Shown one piece after another: positions 11,257 to 24,114 of a stretch of DNA of 64,000 nucleotides (position 1 is the first letter of the stretch; every line of letters starts with the position of its first letter). The stretch spans positions 117,118,001 through 117,182,000 of the forward strand of contig OX597819.1 of assembly GCA_951406725.2 (NCBI GenBank), written 5' to 3'. This DNA is from Octopus vulgaris. Taxonomy: Eukaryota. The translations under genes and the position numbers were made by a program. Below the pieces are notes generated by a model. It worked only from the letters and a program-made list of their open reading frames with translations. It ran no database searches and was not told the DNA's origin.

Positions 11257-14200
11257 ATGCGTGGAACATCACGATCATCCCCGATCCCAAACACCATGTA
11301 CAAAAAAACTACGAAGATATTAAATGCCACCGATACTATTCAACCAAAGAATAACAATCGAGCGGTACGTACATTAAACTTACAACAAAAAATGTACGAA
11401 AAACTACACGTGCGAAATAATGTGACAACAGAAATAAACGGACCGGTACCCTACGAAAATGACGACCGTCAAAATAATGGGCCGGACGTTGTACCTCATG
11501 TCCCGCAAATAAAACCCAAAAGACGTAAATGGACACATGAGGAATACATTTCTATCTTACACGCATACTTCACAGCAGTGCTCTACCCAAAAAATGAAAA
11601 TACAACAACACATACATATAAAATATGGAAGGAAAATAATAGAGATATAGACTTGGATACAGCAATGAACCCTAATAAATTAGCTAACGTATGAAGATAC
11701 ATTCTCAACACAAAAACAATATCAGAAATAGAAATAGAACATCTAAAAGAAAGAATACACCAGGAAAATGTAGATAGAAGCCACACAACAATGCCCAATA
11801 ATATAAACACTGAAACTGTAAAACACGAAGACAAACGTAACATTTCCAACAAACACGATGTAAACAACGAAGGGGAGCCTAATGATTATGATAATATAAA
11901 AAATAAAATAATCAAAGAATTGAAAACCACAGAGCTCAAAATGGACCACCGACCATACCTCCCAAAAATCAAAATAAACGAAATAACAACAGCAATTATA
12001 AACAGCATAAACCTAACCGTCACGGAACTAATAGCCACTGAAACAAAAAAAGTGATATCACTGAGCTAAATGACTTAATATAAGCAGCAGCCACTGCGAC
12101 CACAAAAGAAGCTGGATACTCACTCAAACCCGCCCAAACAGGAGTACCACCAACCAAACAAACCCTGTGGATAAATAACATCCAAAACAAAATTAAAAAA
12201 AATTAGAAAAGACCTGTCGATTCTTAATGAAATCAGCAAACAATCAACGCTACTGAGCAATAAAAAGAAAACAAAAAAGCTCCGCAAATATAACATCACA
12301 GAGAAAGATTTGCCTGAGATAAAAGAAAAGCTGAAGCAAGATATCCTTGCCAAAGCACAAAGGATCCGCCGGTACGAGAAACGCCAACGCTTCTTTGAAC
12401 AAAACAAAAAATTCAACTCAAACTCCAAAAAGTTCTACCAAGAACTGGGCAAAAATAAAATAGAAGTCACTGCAGCACCAACGGCAGACGAATTGGAAGA
12501 ATTCTGTAGAGAAATATGGTTGGCGAACGAACCACCAAAAAAAAAGGAGTATCAAAATAACAAACTCGGCATCTGAACAACTTTGGACCTCCATAACAAC
12601 TGAAGAGGTCACCCAGGCACTGCAAAGACTAAGCAACTAGAAGGCACCCGGGCATGACAAGATCCCCAACGTCTGGTTGAAATATCTAACAGGAATGCAC
12701 AAAAAGCTGGCTGAAAACTTTAACAACATACTAGCAGAGCCAGAGACAATGCCTGAATGGCTCACGAAGGGGAAAACCATCTTAATTCCCAAATCAAATG
12801 AAACAGCAAAACCAGAAAACTACAGACCAATAACCTGCCTCTCTACTATGTTCAAAGCATTTACTGCAGTGATATCGCAAAGGCTGAACAAGCACCTGGA
12901 CGAAAACAAACTGTTCCCAGAAGAGCAGAAAGGATGCCGCAAAGGCTCATATGGCTGTAAAGATCAACTAATGATTAATAAAGCCATAACTGAAGACAGC
13001 CACAGAAAGAAGAAAGGCCTCAGTATGGCCTGGATTGACTACAAAAAGGCGTTTGATAGCATCCCCCACACATGGATCCTCGAAACACTAGCCATTAACA
13101 AAGTAGCACCAACAATCATAAAATTCATAGAGCACTCTATGAATAAATGGCAAACAGTCCTACACCTCCAAACAAAATAGGGACTCATGAAAACCAAAGA
13201 CATCCCCATTAGAAGAGGAATATTCCAGGGAGACACGCTCTCTCCACTCCTTTTCTGCTTGGCGCTGTCACCTCTATCTGATATGCTAAATAGAACTGGA
13301 TGCGGATATAAATGTTACGGCAAAACGATCAGCCACCTTTTATATATGGATGACCTAAAACTATACGCTGCAAATGACAAACAGCTGGAAACACTATTAA
13401 ATACAGTTCATGGATTTACCAAAGAAATAGATATGAAATTTGGATTAGAAAAATGCGCCAAAGTAACCATGAAAAGAGGAAAACTAGTTAAGAGTAACAA
13501 CAAAACACTAGATAAAACCAATGAAATAAAAGAATTAGACCAAAGCCAAACTTACAAATACTTAGGAATCCATGAACTAGATAAGACACAACACACACAA
13601 ATGAAAGAGTAAATAAATAAAGAATATTATAGACGAGTTAGATCAATACTAAAAACAGAGCTCAATGCTAAAAACAAGATAATAGGTATCAACACTTTAG
13701 CTGTCCCAGTTATAAGTTACAGCTACAATATCCTTAACTGGACACGAAATGAACTGACCAAAATAGATAGGAAAACAAGAAAAATAATGACAGGATCGAG
13801 GATGCATCACCCAAAATCTGACATAGAAAGATTATATATACAACATATAGAAGGTGGTAGAGGCCTTATACAGCTGGAAAACCACTATAAAATAACCACC
13901 ATAGGACTGCAAAAATATCTACTTCAGAAGGAAAGAAAACTGATCCAGATAGCGGCAAAACACGAGCAAAACAAAAAACTGTTCTCAGTATTTAAGGAAG
14001 CTGACAAATACAAACAAGAAATCATACCACCTAATAAACATGAAGAAGAAGAAGAAGAAGAAGAAGAAGAAGAAGAAGAAGAAGAAGAAGAAGAAGAAGA
14101 AGAAGAAGAAGAAAAGAAGAAGAAGAAGAAGAAGAAGATGAAGAAACAGCAAAAGCTATAAAACAAATGAAATCCAAACTAAAATAGGACAGCAACGAAC

Positions 14201-14980
14201 CATGATAAAACGATGGCAAGAAAAGCCCCTTCATGTTAAATACTGGATTAAACTAAACGCAAAAGAAATAGACAAAGAAAAATCCCAGCAATGGTTGAGA
14301 AGCTCAGGACTCAAAGCAGAAACAGAGGGATTTTTAATTGCAGCACAAGACCAAAGCCTCCCCACCAGAAATTACCAAAAACATGTAATGAAAAGAAATA
14401 TAACAAGTAACTGCAGAATATGTGGAGATGGACAAGAAACAATAAATCATATTATCTCTGGCTGCCCAGTCCTGGCTAAGAAGAAATATATTCACAGACA
14501 TGACAGAGTTGGAACCTAAATACATTGGAAGCTATGCCAACATTATGGAATAACAACAGAAAAAAGATGGTATAGGCACACACCAGAAAAGGTCACAGAA
14601 AACGAGAAAGCAACCATACTCTGGGATATGCCGATACACACAGATAGAGAAATTAAGGCCAACAGACCAGATATAGTTGTCAGAGATCATGAAGAAAAAA
14701 ATGCTTTCTAATTGATGTATCAATACCGGCAGATGACAACGGGTCTCTAACAGAAATGGAGAAACTCTCAAAATACAAAGACCTAGAAATAGAGGTAACT
14801 AGAATGTGGAATCTGAAAACAGAAACAATTCTTATCATAGTAGGTGCATTAGGCATGATAAAAAAATATTCAGACAAATACATAACAAAAACACCAGGAC
14901 TTACAAACACATATAACATACAGAAAATTGCACTACTAGGCACTGCACACATCCTACGCAGAACACTTTCCATACAATAA
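11257..14980 (+). pseudogene. Disrupted RT/RLE polyprotein ORF of the Dong element
   Basis: Split into at least eight ORF-track pieces by stops (e.g. 11692, 13178, 13610, 14517) and frameshifts. Confidence 0.92.
14042..14137 (+). repeat. (GAA)n expansion inside the LINE ORF
   Basis: Direct reading; gives a poly-Glu then poly-Lys run. Confidence 0.97.
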
Positions 14981-15078
14981 CCATCAGAGCATCACAACAA
15001 ATCACAGCACATACCCAATGCACACAGAGCTGCGCTCGGTAGTGAAGTGAAAGCACGCTATAAAAATAAAACTACTGA

Positions 15079-15233
15079 ATAACAATAATAATAATAATAA
15101 CAATAATAATAATAGTAATAACGATGATGATGATGCTAACAATAACAATAATAACAACAGCAACGACAACAATAATAATGATAATAATAATAACAATAAT
15201 ACTGATAATAGATAATAATAATAAACAATAATA

Positions 15234-15310
<77 letters not shown>
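15079..15310. repeat. (AAT/AAC/GAT)n tail switching to (ATT)n at ~15236
   Basis: Direct reading. Confidence 0.95.
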
Positions 15311-15311
<1 letters not shown>

Positions 15312-15535
15312 GTATTGTCTTTCTACAGCTTCTAACACTGGAGATGTACTACGGTGCTCGCTGTTCACTACAAGTGCGTCACTCTTATTGCTGCCAATAT
15401 TTATTCCGTTTCTGCCTCGTCGCTCTTTTCCGAAGATTCCGTCGTCTACCCACTATAGTTCTGCAAGCATACAGAGCAGATTATGGTATAAGTTAGTATG
15501 GTTTCTACAGCTGTATGTCCTACCTAACGCCAATG
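15311..15535 (-). mobile_element. Short retroposon with (AAT)n tail, tail-to-tail with the Dong element
   Basis: Carries TTTCTACAGCTGTATGTCCTACCTAACGCCAA, matching 19565-19596. Abuts the (ATT)n tract. Confidence 0.45.
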
Positions 15536-16731
15536 TATATATTCGCATCTATGTATATCTTTTTATATGTGCATGTATATACACACATATAGAAGAACAA
15601 ACCAAGAAAGAAAAGCCTTAATATAGCAAATGATGTTTACAAATTCATGACACATTGTAGAAAGTTGTAAATCAATCTCAACATAATGTCTTTATCATCC
15701 GAAATTTAAAATGCTCTCGTATAACAAACTGAGCAAAATGGTACATTAGATTATTGTACAATCGATTCTCTTCAGTATTTTCCCTCACTGAACTGCCATT
15801 CTTGCACAGCTAAATTAATTTGTTTGTATTTAAGGTGCTCTGATCACATTTTAAGTAATACAATTTCTCATTGATTAGATTGTTCAAAATTAAATAAGCA
15901 ATTTTGCTTTACTACGGGTAAATTGTTATAAGAAAATATTCTCTCAAGTCTAAATGCAAAATGGTGCAGCAAAATAGTGTTTCTTTCGATATGCCCCTAT
16001 TTCTTGAAAGGATCATGCGAAACAATTCCAAGAAATACAAAGAATTCTACTGATGTAAAATGCCATTGCGTAAAGCCAATGATCATTGTGTTAAATTAGC
16101 GGCAATTTCATGAAAGTATCGTTTGAATAAATTTCAATAAATTGCAGCAAAGAAATTATAACAATCTAATACACCTTCCAAGAAGAAGGATTTTCTTCAC
16201 TTGAGAATTGTCTTACCATACAAGCTAACATCCTAATATGATTATTGTAAAAGTAGACACTTTAAATGACGGATTATAGCGGTATAAAAAGTCAGCCAAA
16301 TTTAAATATTAGAACGTTTGATGTGTTGAGCAAACATTGGCAATCATTCTAATTGTAATTTATATTAGTATTATTATAGTTTCATTGCTGCAATTTGATG
16401 AAATTTATCCAAACGGATCTTGAGTGAAACAAAGGTGAATTTAACACTGGTTTTATGTGATGTCGTTATTTTAAATTTATTCTTATTGGGGCGGGGTGAT
16501 TCACTCGCAAAATCCTTTAAGAGAAAAGGAATATATTGAATGATACGTTATTTTACTAGACAGTTGTTGTATTTAAATTTCAGGTAATATTTTCTTGGTA
16601 GTATTTAGTACGACTTATCATATTTTTAACTACAAAGACAGAGCCGTATCAATCAATCAGTCAGTCAATCAATCAATTAATCAATTAATCAATCAATCTA
16701 TCTATCTATCTATCAATATATATATATATGA

Positions 16732-16732
<1 letters not shown>

Positions 16733-16828
<96 letters not shown>
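16733..16828. repeat. (TAT)n microsatellite
   Basis: Direct reading. Confidence 0.97.
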
Positions 16829-17001
16829 TGTTATTATCATTATTATTGTTTTACTTCGCACCTACAACAGACCGAATATTATATTTAGTTATTATTTGTA
16901 TTTCTATTCATTTGTTCGTGTTAAGAAAGATTATATATAAGATATAGAGTATCATGGAAGGATATAAGAGATAGGGATAGGGAAAAATGTTGAGGAATCC
17001 T

Positions 17002-17099
17002 GACCTGAAGATTGGGAGTATGTCGACCCGGCTAAGTATTAAAACTAGATACCTCGTATCTAATCAATACCCACGTACTTTCATGAAACACGTGTAGTC
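17002..17099 (+). ncRNA. Type I minimal hammerhead ribozyme with extended stem II
   Basis: GAC-CUGAAGA-U-UGGGAGUAUGU...ACGUACUUUCA-U-GAAA-CACGUG-UA-GUC. Stem II is 11 bp with G.U pairs and contains inner hairpin UAGAUAC/GUAUCUA; stem III is the palindrome CACGUG. Confidence 0.8.
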
Positions 17100-17370
17100 T
17101 TATAAACGGAAAATACAGGATTCAGAATAGATATATTTAGTATAAGATTTAATTTGAAACTTTTTATGGAGTGGTGGGCATAAAAATGTTCAGTGTTAGT
17201 TGAGGTGAAGGTCGTTCTGTCTCCCAAATTACTTTTATATTATATACACGAGTTAAACATTGAGAGATATCTTAGTAAATCTAATTTGAATATCTTTTTT
17301 CTGCGTAGTTGGAAGTAATATACCCTAAAAATTATAATAATACATACACACACACACACACACACACATA

Positions 17371-17425
<55 letters not shown>

Positions 17426-17487
17426 ATATATATATATATATGTATTTATATATATGCATATATATATGTGTGTGTGTGTATGTATTT

Positions 17488-18030
17488 GCAGGGTGCGGTG
17501 AATAAAACTTTTACACGAAAATGAATTTAAAATTTACATCTCGTTTTAACATCTCATTTTACTAAGGTTGCAGTAAAACATTTTGAGATACTGAGGAGTA
17601 AATTTATTCAATAAAATCGCCATTGGTTTCAACCGCAGCCTCCAGACGACTTCGGTATCTCCTGTAACTCTTCTAGATGGTCTCCTTGTTTAAGACAGTG
17701 AGTACTGCCATAATCTGTGCCTTCGCTTCATCTTCTGAGTTAGAAGGGGTTTTGCTGATCTCTCGCACAACTGCGCCCCAGACATAATAATGAAGGGATT
17801 TGCTGTCTGGGAAGTTCGGCGGCCAGGTGGTAGGGATGATGAGGTCACCGAAAATGTCTTTCGGTCATAATTTTGTTATCTTGCTTGTGTGCAATGGTTC
17901 AGAGTCCTGTTGCGAGACATAGGGTCTTCCAGGAGCCTATGCATCCAGTACAGCACTACCTGCCCCATGCACACGATGTAGGTTTCCATGTTGAGTGTAA
18001 GGCTGTGTGGGAAGATGAACGAAAGAGTAG
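17488..18030 (-). mobile_element. Tc1/mariner (maT/DD37D-like) transposase C-terminal remnant with one end
   Basis: RPYVSQQDSEPLHTSK...WPPNFPDSKSLHYYVWGAV...RSRLEAAVETNGDFIE*. CAGGGTGCGG terminus at ~17488. Confidence 0.8.
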
Positions 18031-18317
18031 CGAGAATACACGTGCTATATACTTATACATTGTAATTTTTCAAATCCACCGCGCAAGTGCAGTTACATTT
18101 GGCAGCAAATAACAATAAAAAAAATTATAACTGCGTATACATACAATCAGTGTATACAAATTTGTACAACAAATATGGCAACAAATTTGGAAATCTGAGT
18201 GTTTATAAAAGTACGCAGAGATGGAAATCTGCAAATATTTGTATACCTGATGATGTATATGTATTTGTATAATCAAGACTGTATACATATTCATATACCT
18301 AATATATATATATATAC

Positions 18318-18414
<97 letters not shown>

Positions 18415-18857
18415 TTTGATATAGATATATACGTATATTCATATATATATATATATATAATTAATATCAATAATGTATATGTGTAGTACTTACATAAGCT
18501 TGTGTAGTCGATTGTGTATATAACATTCTATAACGAAGTGTGTGAATAATTTTGCATAAGTGGGGGTGTTTATAAATTTGTGTAGTTGGGGTGTATACAA
18601 TTTTTTTTAGTCAGGAAGTAAACAAGCTCTTATAATATAGTGAATATATAAGTATGTATACTTGAGGGTGTTATACCAGTAATGTTAGAATCACAAAAAT
18701 TACTAAGGAAAGACTAGTATATCACATTGTTGAATGAAATATCATTATTGTAATTTGGCTGCAATTTCTAGATACAGCGCACACCAAGTGGAATATATTT
18801 CCTGTCTCTTCATATTAGGTCCACTGACAAAAAGCGAGAGGTGAACACATTCGATAA

Positions 18858-18980
18858 GTGTTTTGTGGGGGAAGTATAATGGCTATCTTGTGCGTTGACT
18901 AGAATCGTTGGCTGTAATTGTGAAAGTACACGATTCTAGCCAACGCACAACAGATCCATATACTTCCCCCCACAAAATAC
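18858..18980. repeat. 123-bp fold-back (MITE-like)
   Basis: GTGTTTTGTGGGGGAAGTATA...TTGTGCGTTGACTAGAATCGT pairs with ACGATTCTAGCCAACGCACAA...TATACTTCCCCCCACAAAATAC. Confidence 0.85.
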
Positions 18981-19212
18981 CTATTTCTTTACTACCCACA
19001 AGGAGCTAGACACAGAGAGGTGAAACAAGGACAGACAAACGGATTAAGTCGAATACATCAACCCCAGTGCGTAACTGGTACTTAATTTATCGACCCCGAA
19101 AGGATGAAAGGCAAAGTCGACCTCGGCGGAATTTGAACTCAGAACGTAGCGGCAGTCCAAATATTGGTAAGCATTTCGCCCGGAGTGCTAACCACTCTGC
19201 CAGCTCGCAGCC
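18981..19212 (-). mobile_element. SINE family B
   Basis: Reverse complement aligns with 61211-61445. Confidence 0.85.
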
Positions 19213-19380
19213 AAAATACCACTATGTGTACTCTGTTGAGACTAGTAAGAAACAAATATGAAATTTTTTATTTACACTTAACTTTTTAAAATATTTTTGA
19301 TACTGTTCGTTTTTCAAGAACCGAAACGTAAAATCTCTACGAAAATTAAAATTTATCCTATATAGTGGCGTTTTCAAAGT

Positions 19381-19446
<66 letters not shown>

Positions 19447-19449
<3 letters not shown>

Positions 19450-20404
19450 TCATCATCATCGTTTAACGTCCATTCTCCATGCTAGCATGGGTTTGACGGT
19501 TCGACCGGGGATCTGGGAAGGGAAGCCAGAAGGCTGCACCAGGCTCCAGTCTGATCTGGCAGTTTTTCTACAGCTGGATGCCCTTCCTAACGCCAACCAC
19601 TCCGTGAGTTTAGTGGGTGCTTTTTACGTGCCACCTCCACAGGTGCCAGGCGAGGCAGGCAACGGCCACGATCGGATTGGTGCATTTTACGTGCCACCGG
19701 CACGGAAGCCAGTCGAGGCGACACTTGCATCTGCCACGATTCAGATGGTGCTATTTACGTGCCACCGGCACGGAAGCCATTCAAGGCGGCACTGGCATCG
19801 GTCACGATTCGGATAGCGCTTTTTACGTGCCACCGGCTCAGGGATCACAACTGCAGTTTCCATCGATTTTGATGTCGGTGTACTAGACTCAATGGATCTC
19901 CTGAAGCATAGGGTCGAAATGTTGTTTCTTCACTTGCCACCTGCACAGGAGTCAGTCGAGCGGTCCTGGCAACTGCCGGGTGCCAGTCATAGGATTGGTT
20001 CAATTTCGATTCCGATTTCGATTTCACTTGCCCCAACAGGTCTTCGCAAGCAGAGTTTAGTGTCCAATGAAGTGAGGTTGGCATGGGTGCCTGTCGTCGG
20101 ATGAGGTTCGATTTCGACTTCGCTTGCCTCAACAGGTCTTTCTGTGTCCAAGGGAGGAAAGACATGCATAAGTGGGCTGGACTCACTTGTCCTGCCTGGT
20201 CTCGGTCGCTGGTCATTGCCTCAGTGAGGCCTAAAGTTCGAAGGTCGTGCTTCACCACCTCGTCCCATGTTTTCCTGGGTCTACATCTTCCACGCGTTCC
20301 CTCAAATTCTAGGGATTGGCACTTTTTCACACACCTATCTTCATCCATTCTCGCCACATGACCATACCAGCGCAATCGTCTCTCTTGCACACGACAGCTG
20401 ATGC
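19447..20404 (-). mobile_element. 5'-truncated RTE-clade LINE 3' end with repetitive 3' region and (GAT)n tail
   Basis: [44 protein letters not shown]. Four TTTACGTGCCACC subrepeats at 19620-19835. Ends GGACGTTAAACGATGATGATG. Confidence 0.85.
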
Positions 20405-20446
<42 letters not shown>

Positions 20447-20471
20447 CATACGTGTGAGTGTGTGCGGGTGC

Positions 20472-20577
<106 letters not shown>

Positions 20578-21429
20578 GCGTTTGTCTGCATGTACTTTAG
20601 AATTGTAAATTATGGCGAAATGCTATCTACGTTTCTAGTGTACACTAGGACATACGATTAAACTTATATATCACACTTTACCGTTAGATTGTGTTATATT
20701 GAAGAATATGCGGTAGCGAATTAATTGTGTTTGTGATCACTATTTCTCTTTTGATATGAGAGGATTTAGTTCTACTAGCAGATATAGTAAATGGCTCCTA
20801 AGGTATTTTGATGAGTAAGTTTTATATTGTGTTTCGTTGTGTTCGTATAATCAGTGCACAATATCAAAGCTTATTCCATAAGTATTTCAAATATTTGGCA
20901 TATAAATAATATCAGTACAGTGTCAGGATTTCCTGTTTTTCTTCACAGGAAATCCCCAAAGGAAATTAAGAATATCTTTCTGCTCTCTATAGACTTGTGA
21001 AAGAATTTCGAAGACAATGTTGGTTTGATGTTTCGTATATTATTTTAGTGTCTTATATTCAATAAGTATGTCAAAAGCCTATTTTACACAGGCAGTACTA
21101 ATGTCGACGCTATAGATCTAAACAATTGAAATATTTGTATAGTTAGATAAATATGAGCCATATTTTTCTTACTCTGCTCAAGAAGGGAAATATTTGTGGA
21201 AGGGATCACATACCACGATACGGATATATCCGCATCTACTTTTGATTTTCTACATTGTCTCCTCGCTATTTTTTTTATATTTTGTAAATATAAGTTTGTA
21301 TTAAGTTGAAGAGATATGTTGCAGATTTCGGTTCAATTCTCAAAAACAATAATGATATAACTATGATATAACGTGCACTAGTTCCAATTCTAACATTTGA
21401 AAATGATGGAAACTTGATAACAGTTAAGC

Positions 21430-22150
21430 CAAGTAGTGCCATTCACCATTATCAGTAGCATTATGGGTTGTAATATCTCTGACTAATTCTATTGATACTT
21501 ACGATTTTATCTTATTCCTCCTGAGTTATCTCATTCCAATCTAAGTTATACTCCAGTTATACAATCATTCTTTGTGCGGGTGACGTCCGTGTACTGATAG
21601 AGATAGGTTTCACCTAACGTGAAGTGTATGCAATGCAGAAACTCTTCTGCGATATGATATATTTCTTTCTGATGTGCTGCGCAGTCTTAAACCGACATTG
21701 GTAATATGCCTGGGTGTTTTTAGTTACAATTGTACTCACTAATTTCGATAGATTCTCTGCAGGAAAAATATTATTCTCGGCCCCACGATATCCCCACATA
21801 CTCGTCCGTGAAATAAGACTTTGTTTTTTCTTGATAAGAAATAGTTATTTAATTACTTTCATGGGAAAACTGTTGCGGCCGTGGTTGTCGGTGTGGTATT
21901 TGTAGTAGCTATGGAGGACGTGTGGAGTTGGTTGTTAATGTTGCGAAATTATTTTCCGTACCATTGATGTTGGTGCTAAATTTGCAGCCTCTGCTGCTGG
22001 TATCGGAAGCTACAACACCCATTATTTATGCGGCGCGATGGGAAAACTGTTATTTGTCACGATACTGTTGTGGCCGTCATTGTCTTCAACATGTCTACGG
22101 CTAATATTTCTGGGGAAGGTCATTTTCAGTTTTCGGTTTTGCTAATTAAT
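21430..22150 (-). mobile_element. Degraded Penelope-like element, GIY-YIG region
   Basis: Mixed frames: KLKMTFPRNIS..GHNSIV, a T/N-rich linker, STIVTKNTQAYY, QKSF, EYNLDW. Order fits the PLE linker plus GIY-YIG domain. Confidence 0.4.
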
Positions 22151-22456
22151 AACAGTGATTGCAAATGTAAATGAATCAATTTTTATCATGTCTGTTATTT
22201 TTGAATAATGAATAAGTGTCACTTAGTGCATCCTCCTGTTCTATATTTACTTTTAAGCTTTTTCGGACAAACGAGCGATCCATTATCTTTGCTATATTTA
22301 ATATCTTATATGGGGCTTGTGGAAGAAAAAAAAGCAACAAAAATTGAGCTGCGATGGAACAAAGAAATTAAAGTGAGAAGCATATCTAAGACGTTATCAT
22401 ATGGATAAAAAAAGTAAACGTTCCCGAAGAACTTAGAAAAATAGTGTTTTAAAACA

Positions 22457-22581
22457 CGCAGAGACAGTGGAAATTGTAGGCCCACTCCAAATCCGCCTTA
22501 TAACTTACACATTATCACGCGCAGAGACAGTGGAAATTGTAGGCCCACTCCAAATCCGCCTTATAACTTACACATTATCAC
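22457..22581. repeat. Perfect 62-bp tandem duplication (period 63)
   Basis: CGCAGAGACAGTGG...CACATTATCAC at 22457-22518 and 22520-22581. Confidence 0.97.
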
Positions 22582-23810
22582 TGTACAAACTGCCATAATT
22601 ATGCGACATTGCCGATATTTCCACGAGTCACTGTTTAGTCTCAATTTCCCAAAAACTTCAGCATGTTGTATGAATAACTGTGTGCCTTCATATGAGCGTT
22701 TTCAGATTTCTGGTGCAGTATAAAACACAGACATCCCCGTGTGTTCTGGTGCGCTCAATATTCAGCTGCTATTTTGAGTGCATTGAAGGGTATGTGTGTT
22801 TTAGAAGAGAAAAAAAAATAAATGTATTTCGATGCTGACTCTGTGGTTCGGAATATGTCTCTGATGTTCGTTTGTTCAACGGAACATACGCATATTAATA
22901 ACTTCTGTTTCGTTAACCACAATAGTAAGGATATGACTAGCTTGCAAAGTAGCAAGCAACTATTTGTTGGAAAAGGCTACATAGATTTATGTAGTGTGTG
23001 TGTGTTTGTATGGGTGTGTGTCGGTACGTGCGCGCGCTTGTGTATGTGTTTAAGTGCAAAAGGGGCAGTATTGATGTTGACATTTTTGCAAGAGTTCATA
23101 TATGCAAAGAAGTAGAGTGAAATTTAACCTGTTGTTGTTCTTCTCATGTTGAAGATTAAAACCTTGAAGTGCAATAAAATTTATATACCTTTTCTAATGC
23201 ACAGTGAACTATGTCGACTTCTTCATTGATAATTTTGTTTTTGAGGAAATGGTTCTAAATTTTGCATTCATAATTCTGTATAGAGAAAGGTAGAAAACAC
23301 ATCTATCTTTCTAAGGTTCAATCACATTCTTTCAGTCTTTTCGGTTTTTCCAAGCATTCTTTCTTCCCCCCACCTCTGAAAAAAGGATCATTAAAGTTCA
23401 GAGTTTCCGATAATATAGAAGTAAGTCCGTAAATTCTTAGGTGCAATCCTGCGTAAATCCATGCAGCTTCAAAACCTGATAGTGTTAATTGTGTTAATTT
23501 TTTCCAATAATAATAATGTATATGACTTGAGATGATTAACTTATCTTAAATTTTTGGTCATCTTTAACTATTATATATCCGCTACAATGGCTCCATAACT
23601 ACCATATCAGCTATAACCTTGGAGCAACAGTAATCCGTTACAAGACTTACTTAGCGTACCTAGTCGTTTAGATCACCTGTGAGCTAAACGTCAATATTTT
23701 CTAAATGAGTATATATATATATATATATATATACATCCCGCTGTCGGGACAAACATATCACATGCGACAGAAGCATTATAACTGACACAAAAAGAGCAGG
23801 TTGTAGAATC

Positions 23811-23875
<65 letters not shown>

Positions 23876-23876
<1 letters not shown>

Positions 23877-24114
23877 GGTTGTATACTGTCAATCTAACAC
23901 GAACGTGACAGTAGGGGGGTACACTACCGCTGGTTAGCCCTAGGAAGCATCGACGCCTCCTGATGGCTTTGACAGGAGGCGTTGATGCTTCCTAGGGCTA
24001 AACAGCGGTGGTTTACCCCCCTACTGTCACGTTCGTGTTAGATTGACAGTATACAACTACTCTATCGCCCCACCACCGTACAAGTCTCTACGAGAGATTT
24101 AGAAATTTAGTATT

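Larger units (their letters stand above)
11181..15078 (+). mobile_element. Near full-length R4/Dong-clade non-LTR retrotransposon (RT + CCHC + restriction-like endonuclease)
   Basis: One ancestral ORF (~11257-14980) with RT motifs YRPITCL, QKGCRKGSYGCKDQL, WIDYKKAFDSIPH, RGIFQGDTLSPLLF and HLLYMDDLKLY; zinc knuckle CRICG..ETINHIISGC; RHD, RPDIVV, IDVS, KLSKY, IIVGALG. Short UTRs, (AAT)n on both sides. Confidence 0.95.

Noticed and set aside
19620-19835. Regularly spaced TTTACGTGCCACC repeats resembling a CRISPR array
   Set aside because: The spacers are related to each other, the context is a eukaryotic LINE 3' region, and there are no cas genes.
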